Assembly (NCBI GenBank): GCA_002269645.1
Contig: NIVC01002098.1
Span: forward strand, 28,343 to 92,342
Length of the DNA stretch: 64,000 nt
Origin: Macrostomum lignano
Lineage: Eukaryota
Reading direction: 5' to 3'
In this document: piece after piece, positions 1 through 33,699 of the stretch
Numbering within the stretch: the stretch's first letter is position 1
Layout of the letters: each line of letters starts with the position of its first letter
The notes under the pieces: model-generated
Seen by the model: only the letters and a program-made list of their open reading frames with translations
Database searches by the model: none
Told to the model about the DNA's origin: nothing
Position numbers and translations under genes: made by a program

Positions 1-20885
<20,885 letters not shown>

Positions 20886-22589
20886 TATGCAAGTCGCCGT
20901 GCGCTTGGTTGAGTCAGAGTCCGGCGACTGCCGGATGTGCAGTGAAAAACATTCGGTTTCAAAGTCTGCGGGTAGCGGGATCGGTGTGACGCAGCAGTGG
21001 GCTTCCAATGCACTATTATTCAGTTCAGATTGGCGTTGGGCAATTAGCTTAGCTACTATGCCATTATAAAACTGCATCAATCATATTTTATAATGGGCCA
21101 AAAACGCGACGCGCACGCAAGCAGGCACCCTGTTAGTATTAGTTGTTAAATCAAGTTTTATGAACAGAGTTTATAGCTAGCCAGCTGTGCGCCATCTGAT
21201 TAGGGAATTTCTTCGTTAAAGATTGTTGGACAACGCTAAATAGTTCTCTATCTCCCATCAAAGATTCTATAGGATAACTTGATTCTTGGACAGGCTTTAT
21301 CAAGAATATGAGCCCATCATGCGCCCAACGAGCGACAAGAGAAATCCTGAAAAATCTTGTGCATAAGGCCAAGGACCAACAATAAATGTGAGGGAAGTGA
21401 ACTCAGGATGACTCACGACTCTTGCTCATTGAGAAAGCAGCTGAGCTGACCCTTTCGGCCTGGCTAGCTTCACATCGATCGATTATTTAACCCAAGTTAG
21501 CTTTTAATTTTCTTTTAAGACTGACTATACAGACTGAATACAGCGACCAGCATTTGAACTTCTCTTTAGCCGAAATAACACAATTCAAGACACGAGACAC
21601 TTTATTATTCAAGACATTACACACCGCAATTTGCTAAATAGTAAGGGGGCTTGCTTTCTCAGATTAAATATCTCTATAAACAGTTAAACCACACTTACCA
21701 GACTTGTTCGTTCCTTTTGATTTTAGTTTCTACTAGATATTATCTTCTGGCTATAGAAGTATAGTTGTGTTTAAGTTGCCTATCGGAAACGACAATTTCT
21801 CCGCTGAATGCAGTACCAAAATATCAGTCTTGATGGGTAAGCGACAAGCGTGTCTTTCTTTTCAAGCTTTTAGCTGTGCTTGCTTGTGAAACTGAATTAA
21901 AATGCAATGAGCATTGAGCAATGTGTGGGCGGGAAATACAGCAAAGAACAAAAAGAAGCACTTCGTTTCGTCTCCTAAGCTCGGGGTTTTTAACCAATGA
22001 ATTGAGGGGACCTCCAAAGCTCCAGAATTCGGGCCATATGCTCCTCTAGTTTACGCCCTTTCCTTTCCATTTCAATTCACCCCTTTCTAAAAGCTTCTAT
22101 CTATGACTCCACTCGGGTGGACGGCTGCGATGAACGCGGCCTCGTGTGTACATTTGCAATGTACATCTATTTGCAAAGTGCGGGGTGGGTGCAGCGGGGG
22201 GCAGTTAGGGCAATAAAAACTAGAAAAGAGTTTGGTTTGTTCAGTCAGTCTGCGACTGCTAATGTTAAGCTTGATCTTCGACAAATGCAAATGTCGTTTT
22301 TTAAATCACGTGACTGAATTTCAGCAGCAGCAGGCCAATACCAATACTAATAAACCTCCTGATGCAATAATAATCTTAAATAAAACCTCCCTATTTTAGG
22401 TTGTTTAAGAAAAATACAAATCGTTTACTTAACTGGGCTGATGGGAACAAGTGAACAACAGAGGGACGAGGTTCCACTTCAGTTAGAGCATAATTGTTTA
22501 AAATTTAAAACCACTACATTCTCATGCTACTGCAGTAATAATGCTCATACTATACTGAAAAACAGTAAAAAACTAGGTCAAAAACCGGA

Positions 22590-22680
22590 CTTTTCCAATC
22601 CCGAAAAAATCGCTAAAATCGGGATCCCGAAGGTTAATATTGGGATATCCCAGACATAGATGCCAAATGCCGGGATTGAC
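22590..22680. mobile_element. Fragment of the ATCCCG-type hAT MITE family
   Basis: AATCCCGAAAAAATC..ATCGGGATCCCG..GCCGGGATTG motifs like the subterminal repeats at 6416-6988; no paired ends seen. Confidence 0.4.
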
Positions 22681-24699
22681 TTCCCCTTGTGTAGTGCTGG
22701 ATTGATTTTATTAAAATAATTGTGTCAACAGTAGTATGCAGGACTGCATGTAGCACAAAGGCCCGTCCCGTCCGTCCTAAGCTTTTGTTCTCATCTCTCA
22801 TCTCTGAAAAGCTCATAATTTTTCTTTGTCTTTGTATACTTACTTTACATACTGAGCATTAGAAAAAAGAACTCAATCGGCCGTGTTTCATTTTCTCAGC
22901 GCGCACGCACGCAGTAACGAGCTCGGAGTTCGAACAAAGACGATATGAGTACGAATTCTTAAACAATTCTCGGCCCTCAGTCTAGTGCTTTAGTGTCACC
23001 TTCCAGTGCCTGAATGAAACGTACAGAATTTAACCTTTTATTCCTGCTCCGGCTTGCCCATAATTTAAATTCCATGTTGCGATGCATCGTTCACTTAACT
23101 GGTGCTTGCTTGCTTAATACTGAGTCATTCTGATGTCAAATATTAATTCTTATATAGCCGAGTCATACAAAAGAACAGTCAGGCTTGTTATAGTATGGTA
23201 CTTTATTGTTATGGTTATAGTCAGATTAGCGATTCAAATTCGAAATTCGTGACACTCTGTCAGTGGTGAATGTTGATTGACTGAAAATATATTAGTTGAA
23301 TTTAAGCCTGTTAGCCTGACACTTCACGACATTGCAGTTCAGTAGGTAATTCTGTATAGTATAAAAAATAAGGACTTCATTATTAAACTTACCTTAGCAA
23401 TCGATTTTAGCAGAGCTGTAGGAGTTATCGGCTTTGCTTCAATATAGTAGGTACTCGTAAATATAAATATAAATATACGCTGATATAAGGTTACCAATTT
23501 ACAACACTTTGAGGGCTTTTTAGGCCGTCGGAATACTTTAAATCTTATATTGTATGGTTTCCAAGAGCTTACCGAAGTGAAATATGCAAGCTATGGGGAT
23601 TAGGGGACGAGAGGAGAGAATGGGTCAAAGCGCCGCGTCGGTGGGTCGGCTTGCGTCAGCTGTATAGACAGTGGAATCCTTTGCCGGGGGTGAAGGCAGG
23701 GATTGGGAGAACTATGCTTAGTTTGGAGGTAAGGGAGGACTATAGCAGTTGCGGATTGTAAAGTTTCGGCAAGGAGGAGGGCTGTTGTAAGGGATTTCAA
23801 AAATGAATGAGGAGCTTGCGCTGTGCGCTGGTGCTGCCTAAGGTCTTCTTCCTTCCTTCTCCCCTCCAAAGCCCCAGTTAAACTTTCTATATATAAAGCC
23901 CTTTTTTGGCCATGCGTGGTCCTCCTCGCGCTTCCCCAGCCAATTGGGTGTGAGCAGTTTGCGGACAGGCTGAGGCTGTGCATGGAGTGGCTGCAGGGGG
24001 AGCCCTCATAACATGGTGAAATGAGTCGTCCACACAATATCCAGATGCTCATGGCTGGCCATTGAATCAGAGTGTGTTCTGCATCCCATTATTTGCTGAT
24101 ACTAAAATAGCCTTCCCAGCTACGGTGGCAACTCCGTCCACCTGTGTACACGATGAGGTGGATTGTAAAATGCTAATAAGATAATCCATAGCTGATGATG
24201 GAGATTGGGGAACTGGAAGTTTTCCCTTGAATCGCTTGTTCCGTATCGATCGATTCAAAAGCAGTCTTCAGTCTCACAAGAAAGATCTTAGTGGATATTG
24301 AAAGAATTCCTTCAGATCAAATCTTTTGAACTATCTTGCCCATCCGGATTTGCTAGCGCATTTAATCAAAACGAGTTTAATTGAAAAAAAGAATTTACAT
24401 TCACAATTTAATTCGAAACTTGGTGCTTGAGCGTGACAAGTCTCAGTATTGGCATTGGGCAAAACAACAGCTGCAGTTCACAAAGGCCAAAGTTTACAGC
24501 AAAATCGATAATCCAATCTTATCCATCCAGCTGTTTTCTTTCTCCAAACAGACTCGACTCGCTCCACAGCGCTCCATAACTGCACAGCTCCTCTACGAGC
24601 GTGCACATGTATTATGACTCTCATACGCATCATCTGTGAATACCCTTCCAACAATGGTACCCACCAGTTAAACAACACCGGCGTGTATGACACCAGTTC

Positions 24700-25352
24700 C
24701 CACTTGTTAGACATCAGTTCTCACTTGTTAGACATCAGTTTCCACTAGTTTGACATCAGTTCTCACTTGTTAGACATCAGTTTCCACTAGTTTGACATCA
24801 GTTCCCACTAGTTTGACATCAGTTCCCACGTGTTTGACATCAGTTCCCACTAGTTTGACATCAGTTCTCACTTGTTAGACATCAGTTTCCACTAGTTTGA
24901 CATCAGTTCCCACTAGTTTGACATCAGTTCCCACGTGTTTGACATCAGTTCCCACTAGTTTGACATCAGTTCCCACGTGATTGACGTCAGTACCCACTTG
25001 TTAGACATCAGTTCCCACGTGTTTGACATCAGTTCCCACGTGTTTGACATCAGTTCCCACGTGTTTGATATCAGTTCCCACTTGTTAGACATCAGTTCCC
25101 ACGTTTGACATCAGTTCCCACGTGTTTGACATCAGTTCCCACTTGTTAGACATCAGTTCCCACGTGTTTGACATCAGTTCCCACGTGTTTGACATCAGTT
25201 CCCACTTGTTAGACATCAGTTCCCACGTGTTTGACGTCAGTACCCACTAGTTTGACATCAGTTCCCACTTGTTTGACATCAGTTCCCACTTGTTAGACAT
25301 CAGTTCCCACTTGTTAGACATCAGTTCCCACTAGTTTGACATCAGTTCCCAC
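24700..25352. repeat. 21-bp minisatellite (GACATCAGTTCCCACGTGTTT) upstream of plexin
   Basis: About 30 tandem units; contains CACGTG and TGACATCA/TGACGTCA. Confidence 0.95.
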
Positions 25353-28041
25353 CTGTAAAGGCAACAGTTTCAAGACATGTAAATATACAGGTTAAATAAA
25401 ATTGTTAGAAGTAGGTATAAATAAGCGCAAACCTGTTAGACATAGTGCTCCCTGTTAGACAAGCAATGGGTGCTCATCAACTGGTTTTATAGACGTGCAG
25501 ATCTTTTGCACAATATATGGATTCATAAATTTATTACTGAAATACAAAATTATTAGTAAAAAATAACCCTTATAATTATCAGTTAAACGGGCATTCAGCA
25601 AGTAAATTAACAAAGCACACGGTTAAATAGATTCGCACACATTCACTATTATGAATAATTCCTGATGATAAATGCAAGGCAAGGCTGGAAGCTTTTATAA
25701 AATGCCTGCAGACGAAGCGCAGACGGACACCGCTGCCGTCAGCTGGCAAATAAATGCATCGCTAGCTGCTGCACCCTCTTTCACTAATAGTATCTATACG
25801 CACCGAGCTTTGCATCCCTCTTCCATCGAGGGCAAAAAACGCGAGAGAGGAAAAAAATGGGAGAGTGAACCAACAAGAGGGAGGATGTGACCCAACAGAT
25901 TGCAATGCAAGGGTCGCTACGAAACTCTTCTTCACCCATACAAAGCTCTCTGCATGCATCCTTCACGACTGTTTAGTCTATTTGCATTGGATATAGCTAT
26001 GGCTGAATCGGAACATTATAAATTCTCGTATAGTACGCTTGAAAAATGTATGCATTTTTTGCATGGTATTCGATAATCTTCTGACACGACCCAGCAGCGC
26101 GCTGCAGCCCCGCATACTGTCCCTCGATCCTTCATTATATACATAAATAGCCTTACAGGATAAGAGGCGCTTCTTCGACCCGTCGTACACAGTCCTGCGT
26201 CTGCCTATTACCCGGTAGCTGCTGTATGGCTGGGATGACGGTATACAGCCGCATATTCGAGCAACCGCAGGCCGATCCTGCATGAATAGTTGAAGGATCC
26301 CTGATGAGGAAGAATGACCACTACACAGAGAAATTAGGAGTACTTCGTAATTATCTACTGCAAACAGATCTTTCATCTGCAGCATAATTTGCCTCTAATC
26401 TGCCAATTGAATCTGCATAATAAAAACACGATGAAAAATCGTGCGTGCGTACACATTACATGTACATGGTAGTTGTAAATTCTCTCCGCTTATTTTGACC
26501 CCAACAACAGGGGTCAGACTTTAAGGACACTGAGCTGCAGTCTGCAGCAGCATCCTCTCGATTTTTTGTAAAAATGGCACCACCAAGCCGATCACCGCAT
26601 TCCATACTGCAACTCTGTATATTGGGCGCATTATTGAATACATGTATTTAGTATAATGTTAAGTGCAGCGTTGGGCAAATTTCCAGCACTTCCGGCACTA
26701 ATTAATAGTTACCTTTTTCAAAGTAACAACTTGCCCACACTGGTTAAGTGCGAGCTAGCACTATTTGCTTCAAAGAGCAAAATCTGTTACTCTACAGGTC
26801 ATTTTGGTTTATCTAATCGCGTAGGATGCTTTATACAGTGCATACATGTATGCTTAGCATGCTACTAAACGATTTTCTAATCGTGTCGAATTTTGCAACA
26901 ACTTCTGTATGCTGTATATAATATACCAGACAAAGATACTGTGGATATACAGTATATATTTAATAATTCATGAATAAAAGCTGGAAGAAAAATATAAGCT
27001 GCCAATTAACAGCAAAGAAGAACAAGAAGATTATGCGTTAATATTGATAAGCTGATTTGAAGAAAGAATTAAAGAAAAGAAAGATGGAAAAAAGCCAGAG
27101 TGGGAAAGATCGTAAATTAAGCTTGGAAGAAAAATTCTAATTTTGATAAGCTGATCGAGAGACAGAGGCACCTGCATATATTTTAGAATCTTATGTAGTT
27201 TGAGTGCTTCTTGCATGGGCTGCGTTTAATAAAACAAGAGAAAGGGATAAATAAAAACGCCGTAATATTTTCTGCCGATTGGGAAATAATAATTTTTCCT
27301 AATTGCTGGGCGGGTCTTACTAATCTAATTTTTTCCCAGGGAATACTGAAACAGTGAAACTGCAACACCGCCGACAGAAAGCAGCACTGGCACCACCGAT
27401 GAGGAGCTAAGAAAGTGACCGAATATTGCTGCACGTTTCTTACATAACGTAATTTACGCCATGCCTTTCTTTCGCTGGCATTTTTAAATTGCTTGTTTAA
27501 ATTATTTTTTATTCAAAGAATCGTCGTCGACTTAGTCTGCGTCGGCTGTCGGGCCGTCTGGCGTCTTACTCTTGGCTGGCTTGCGTTGATAGCGCTTGCC
27601 CTTGATCTTTCACTTAGGCCTTCACCTATCTCCTATATATCATGTATGGTGGTTAGATGCTCTTACATGCATAATCATGGACCCTACTGTGTCAAGCACA
27701 AGCAGACCAGACAGCAGCAATTACTAATGATTGTCCCAGGGTTTTTTTTTTGTGCGCAGAGTGTGCGTATGCACCCTAAATTTTAAAATCGCACCCTGAA
27801 ATTAAAAAAGTAGGTGCGGTTTAGGTGCGGTCTTATAACCATTTTTCTTTAAAGGCTTAACCATGCTTAAGCTATTTTTTATGCACTGCCTTAAAATATG
27901 AAACAAAATAACTCTTTAAATCCTATTAAGTCATATAGGCGATATAGCCTATAGCTATAGCCTTATGTAAGATATTAAAATATACATTCCCAGTTGTCAG
28001 AAATGTGAGCAATATGAGGGTTTCACGAGAGATATTCAGAC

Positions 28042-28376
28042 AGGGGCTCCCTAAAACACGCCCCGCACCGGGCCCCAAACCGCTACACATTATAACATTT
28101 TTTGTCAATGCAGTATTTGATTGCAAGGAAAAGTTAAAATAGTAATGGAATAAACATCTTTATTTATTTTTTTAAATATTATTTTTTTATATTCTCGTTT
28201 TCATTATTAATATCACTTATTGTTCACCAAATTTTATATTTCAAAGTAAAAAAACTAAATTTAATAAAAACTTGAAGCTTAACAGAAAACGCATTCTGAA
28301 GTGTCTTTAGTTATAGTCCAATTTGTTTTAATGTGTAGCGCTGCAGGGCGGTGCGGGGCGTGTTTTAGGGAGACCC
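28042..28376. mobile_element. Small MITE (hAT- or P-like) in the Sola2-like left TIR
   Basis: TIR (C)AGGGGCTCCCTAAAACACGCCCCGCACCG / CGGTGCGGGGCGTGTTTTAGGGAGACCC; flanked by ATTCAGAC at 28034-28041 and 28377-28384. Confidence 0.8.
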
Positions 28377-29189
28377 ATTCAGACCACCCGTATATACACG
28401 TTAGGCGGTATAGAACACGGCAAAAACCGCCTATAAGGCAGTCCGTATCATGCTATATGATACAGTAGCATGCTATAGACCGCCTTTTTTATGCGCACAA
28501 GGGCCAAATATGGCACAAATTTGAACAGACGTTTCTGCTTATTTTTTAGTTCACTAATGCAAAGTAGGCCTAGCGATTTTACTAACCTACTACGCTACTA
28601 TTCTCTAGTACAGTATTTTAGTGTCACTAGAATGCTAGATAAATATTAGGTCAGGATGACTTAGTTACAACTTACAAGTGTAAGTGTTAACATTTAACAT
28701 TATTTTATGTAGGCCTACTAAGTACTAGCTGTTTATTATTTCCACAATATTAATAGGCCCAGCGAATTAATATTAGAACAGGAGGAGAACAATACGACTC
28801 GACTTAAAGTTCAATAAGTGAACTTGGATGGCGCTCAGTTTCAGTTTGTAGCTAGGCCTATGCACAATTTTGTAACTGAATGCAATAACTGTGTGACTAA
28901 GCTAGGCCTAGGGCTATATATTCAATATTCTTTTTTCTGAACCCTGAATCCTGAGTTTAGGAGAGAAACTATTTAGTAAAGCTAGCTATATTGATAGATA
29001 TATTGAACAACCATAATTTAGGGTTCTAATATACTATACTAATAGCCTATTATATATATTCCATAAATGGATGTATTTTTTATTTTTTATTTTATTGATA
29101 AATTGGGTTCTATTCTACTATTTTATGTTATAGGTTGAGCCTGAAATTAGTATTTAGTATTTAGAGGTTCTATATTTTTTTTAACCTTC

Positions 29190-31440
29190 CCTTTCCCCAT
29201 AACCTGCTAGCCTTCCCTACATGGTTACACCCTACTGCCCTTGCTTTACCATACCTTACCCTGATGGCCTTCCTACAACACTTGCTACCTTTTCTTATCA
29301 ATACAAGCCTTTCCCATACCTTACTGCCCTTCATTGTCTTTTATGGGCCTTTTCCATACCCTGCTGTCTTTCACAAACCTTGCTGCTCTTCAATGTATCC
29401 TGCTTGGCCTTCATTGTATATTGTTGGCCTTCCCACATGGCCATACCTTGCTGGCTTTTCCCATATCCTGCTAGCCTTCCCCACACCCTACTGTCTTTCC
29501 CCATACCCTGCTGTCTTTCCCCTACCCTGCTGTCCTTCCCCACACCCTTGCCAGCCTTCCTTACTCCTTGCTAGATTTCCCCACACCCTGCCAGCTTCCC
29601 CACACCCTGCCAGCTTCCCCACATCCTGCTCGCCTTCCCTACTCCATGCTACCCTTCCCCACACCCTGCTGTCCTTCCCCACATCCTGCTGGCCTTCCCT
29701 ACTCCCTGCTACCCTTCCCCACACCCTGCTGTCCTTCCCCATCAATGCAGGCCTTCCTCACTCCCTGCTGGCATTCCCCACACCCTGCCGGCCTTCCCCA
29801 CATCCTGCTGGCCTTCCCTACTCCTTGCTACCCTTCCCCACACCCTGCCGGCCTTCCCCACATCCTGCTGGCCTTCCCTACTCCCTGCTACCCTTCCCCA
29901 CACCCTGCTGTCCTTCCCCACACCCTGCTTGTCTTCACTACCAATGCAGGCTTTCCCTACACCCTGCTGTCCTTCCCCATACCCTGCTGTCTTTCCCCTA
30001 CCCTGCTGTCCTTCCCCACACCCTGCCAGCCTTCCTTACTCCTTGCTGGCTTTCCCCACACCCTGCTGGCTTCCTCACATCCTGCTAGACTTCCCCACAC
30101 CCTGCCAGCTTCCCCACATCCTGCTGGCCTTCCCTACTCCTTGCTACCCTTCCCCACACCCTGCCGGCCTTCCGCACACCCTGCTGGCTTTCCTTACTCC
30201 CTGCTACCCTTCCCCACACCCTGCTGTCCTTCCCCACATCCTGCTGGCCTTCCCTACTCCCTGCTACCCTTCCCCACACCCTGCTGTCCTTCCCCATCAA
30301 TGCAGGCCTTCCTCACTCCCTGCTGGCATTCCCCACACCCTGCTGTCCTTCCCCACACCCTGCCTGCCTTCCCTACTGCTGGCCTTCCCTATTTCCTGCT
30401 ACCCTTCCCCACACCCTGCCGGCCTTCCCCACACCCTGCCGGCTTCCCCACACCCTGTCAGCCTTCCCTACTGCTGGCCTTCCCTTTTTCCTGCTACCCT
30501 TCCCCACACCCTGCCGGCCTTCCCCACACCCTGCCGGCTTCCCCACTTCCTGCTGGCCTTCCCTACTCCTTGCTACCCTTCCCCACACCCTGCCGGCTTC
30601 CCCACTTCCTGCTGGACTTCCCTACTCCCTGCTACCCTTCCCCACACCCTGCCAGCCTTCTCTACTGCTGGCCTTCCCTATTTCCTGCTACCCTTCCCCA
30701 CACCCTGCTGTCCTTCCCCATCAATGCAGGCCTTCCTCACTCCCTGCTGGCATTCCCCACACCCTGCCGGCCTTCCCCACACCCTGCCGGCTTCCCCACA
30801 TCCTGCTGACCTTCTCTACTCCCTGCTACCCTTCCCCACACCCTGCCGGCTTCCCCACACCCTGTCAGCCTTCCCTACTGCTGGCCTTCCCTTTTTCCTG
30901 CTACCCTTCCCCACACCCTGCCGGCCTTCCCCACACCCTGCCGGCTTCCCCACTTCCTGCTGGCCTTCCCTACTCCCTGCTACCCTTCCCCACACCCTGC
31001 CGACTTCTCCACATCCTGCCGGCTTCTCCACATCCTGCCGGCCTTCCCTATTTCCTGCTACCCTTCCCCACACCCTGCCGGCCTTCCCCACATCCTGCTC
31101 GCCTTCCCTACTCCCTGCTAACCTTCCCCACACCCTGCTGTCCTTCCCCACATCCTGCTGGCCTTCCCTACTCCCTGCTACCCTTCCCCACACCCTGCTG
31201 TCCTTCCCCATCAATGCAGGCCTTCCTCACTCCCTGCTGGCATTCCCCACACCCTGCCGGCTTCCCCACATCCTGCTGACCTTCTCTACTCCCTGCTACC
31301 CTTCCCCACACCCTGCTGTCCTTCCCCACACCCTGCCTGCCTTCCCTACTGCTGGCCTTCCCTATTTCCTGCTACCCTTCCCCACACCCTGCCGGCCTTC
31401 CCCATACCCTGCTGTCATTTTCCACACCCTGCCACTCTAC
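29190..31440 (+). repeat. C-rich ~20-21-bp minisatellite (CCTTCCCCACACCCTGCTG..) in left foldback arm
   Basis: Tandem units; reverse-complement array at 37320-39300. Confidence 0.95.
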
Positions 31441-31998
31441 CTCTCACAGGCTACCCCTCCCAGACAGCCCTCCCAGACAGCCCTCCCAGACAGCCCTCCC
31501 AGACAGCCCTCCCAGACAGCCCCTCCAGGCTAACCGGACTCTACCCCTCCCAGGCAGCCCTTCCGGGCTTTATCTCCCACTCAACCTCTTCCAGACAGCG
31601 CTCCCAGGCTACCCTTCCTGGCTACTCTTGCCAGGCTACCCCTCTCGGGCTCCTCTCCCACTCTACCCCTCCCAGGCAGCGCTCCCCCTTCCATGGCAAC
31701 CACTTCCAGGCTATCTCCCACTGTGCCCTTGAGTACTGTCTCCATTTATGTTCAAAACTGAGAAGATTGTTTCGTTTCGGTATTATTTAAAAATATAACA
31801 CTATGCATCGTTATTTACTTCAGACGCTTCACTCTTACCATTTCAGGTGCGTACATGCGAGTCAGCTAACGCTGACGCCGCACTTTGTATTCGGCTTTCC
31901 AACGGGGAACTGTGCGTTTATGAAAGCCATTTGGGATTTGGAATGCCAGAAAAGAAATTCTATTTTGCAAGGATCCGATAAATGCTGCCGCTACGGCT

Positions 31999-32345
31999 GC
32001 AGTGACCACTGGCTCAAGCGGAGGACGATCGCAGGACTGTCTGCTGCCTGCCGCTTGCTGCAGTGACCGCCGGCTCAAGCGGAGGACGATCGCAGGACTG
32101 TCTGCTGCCTGCCGCTTGCTGCAGTGACCGCCGGCTCAAGCGGAGGACGATCGCAGGACTGTCTGCTGCCTGCCGCTTGCTGCAGTGACCGCCGGCTCAA
32201 GCGGAGGACGATCGCAGGACTGTCTGCTGCCTGCCGCTTGCTGCAGTGACCGCCGGCTCAAGCGGAGGACGATCGCAGGACTGTCTGCTGCCTGCCGCTT
32301 CGGCTGCAGTGACCGCCGGCTCAAGCGGAGGACGATCGCTGCTCC
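31999..32345 (+). repeat. 61-bp CpG-rich tandem repeat at inner end of left arm (about 6 copies)
   Basis: GCAGTGACCGCCGGCTCAAGCGGAGGACGATCGCAGGACTGTCTGCTGCCTGCCGCTTGCT starting at 31999, 32060, 32121, 32182, 32243, ~32305; inverted copies at 37040-37188. Confidence 0.95.
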
Positions 32346-33239
32346 GCGTGCTATCATCCAGTCCGGTTCCGTTTCGACCTTAACGAACAGTGGCAAAGTG
32401 AGGGTTATTTAATAACTATGTTTATTTCCTGAACGATTGTCTGAAGTGATGCGTGTTCGTGGGACTCACACCCTGGCGATGCGCAGTCCTGTACCAGCGG
32501 TTTGTAGTTGCTGTGTAGCTGAAGTTTTTGCGGGCAGCTCTATGTTGCGCGCATTACTTCAGTTGTTTTTGCGTAGCTGCATAAAGTTTTTCTATCCAAG
32601 CGGCACATTACCTTTGCGTTTATTGAGAGCTATAATTATTTTTTGTCCGAATAACAAATAAAAAAGCTTTTTTCTCGACCGATGTCACCCGGTAATTTGG
32701 CTGTTGCGCCACGCATTTTAGTGCAGTTTTGAAAGGTCAAATCGTCCAAGTAGTTTTCTAATTTTTTCACTTTGTGTTACACTTATTTGAGAAATTTCGT
32801 TCGTGCAAAAGAAATGACCAGACTGCAAGTCGCGGTTTGAATTTCGGATCGCGGCGGCCTGAAAAGTCTCTCATCCTGCTCAGAATGTTAAACTATCCTT
32901 AGCTAATGGCAAACTATCCACATAGTCTGGCTAATTTGCTACCTCAAGTAAGCTAGGCTTAAAAATAGCACCAAAATTGGGTTGCATGAACAAGCTCGCA
33001 CTAGCAAAAGCAAGCACGGCTAGAATGGAGATTAGCACAAGAGCTCAAGTATTTTGGAGCAAGAGCGTATTGACACTGACGCAACTCACGCAAGTATTTC
33101 ACCTACATGTATGTTCAATCATGGATTAGTGCCAGTATGCACACGAGTATGTTTGACCTAGCTGCAGAGGAGATCATCCGGCGGATGCAGCAATCAGGAG
33201 GCGAAGAAGACCGCCCAATTCCGCTAGCCTCTGGCGACC

Positions 33240-33532
33240 ATGAATGACTTCCATCGAAGTGATGTCCCTCCGGGGGCGTCGGTCTCGCTTGCAGCGCGGT
33301 ACCGGGTGAGCATCGATATGCTCTCGGGCCTGCAAGCGTCGGAGAGTTGGGCCGGGGTGAGTGAGTGGTGAAGACCGGGTAGTGGCAGATAAATTGTTCT
33401 GCATTTTTACTGCCTGTTGAGCGGCAGAAAAGCTTGGGGCACCGCGCACGGCTCCTCAAGTACCTGGCCCTGAAGGAAGCGGTGGCGAGAGAAGCAGCCA
33501 TGCATGCCCGGAGAGGGCCCATGTACATGTAA
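33240..33532 (+). CDS. Candidate two-exon small ORF (~73 aa) in foldback spacer
   Basis: ATG 33240, 39 codons to GGG|GTGAGT, acceptor CAG| at 33427, KSLGHRARLLKYLALKEAVAREAAMHARRGPMYM*; no homology recognised. Confidence 0.25.
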
Positions 33533-33561
33533 ATGCTCTTAAGATCCCTGAGGTTGAGCCT

Positions 33562-33699
33562 AAGGAAGGCTTGTGTGTAAACGTAGCCACTTATGTAGTA
33601 AATAGAGGCTTTTTCCTCGGTAGAAATTCGAGCAAGGGATAAACTTACCTGTAGCTCATCAAAACTGACATTCTCTTCAATTTGATGGGTTCGGCCTTT
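33562..33699 (-). pseudogene. Probable remnant of P-element/THAP9-type transposase C-terminal region
   Basis: Minus frame KGRTHQIEENVSFDELQVSLSLARISTEEKASIYYISGYVYTQ; EEKASIYYISGYV (33618-33580) resembles the YIxGYV motif of P transposases (recalled, not searched). Confidence 0.55.

Noticed and set aside
20886-21080. N-terminal extension of plexin from the ORF-track start at 21080
   Set aside because: The signal peptide follows Met 20885; upstream sequence has acceptor-like features and is more likely UTR or intron.
23600-26385. 150-aa (23600-24052) and 135-aa (25978-26385) minus-strand ORFs
   Set aside because: No recognisable motif, splice support or coding bias; could be TE debris but unsupported.
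31999-32345. 61-bp repeat as CRISPR array
   Set aside because: Whole unit repeats with no variable spacer; part of a transposon arm.
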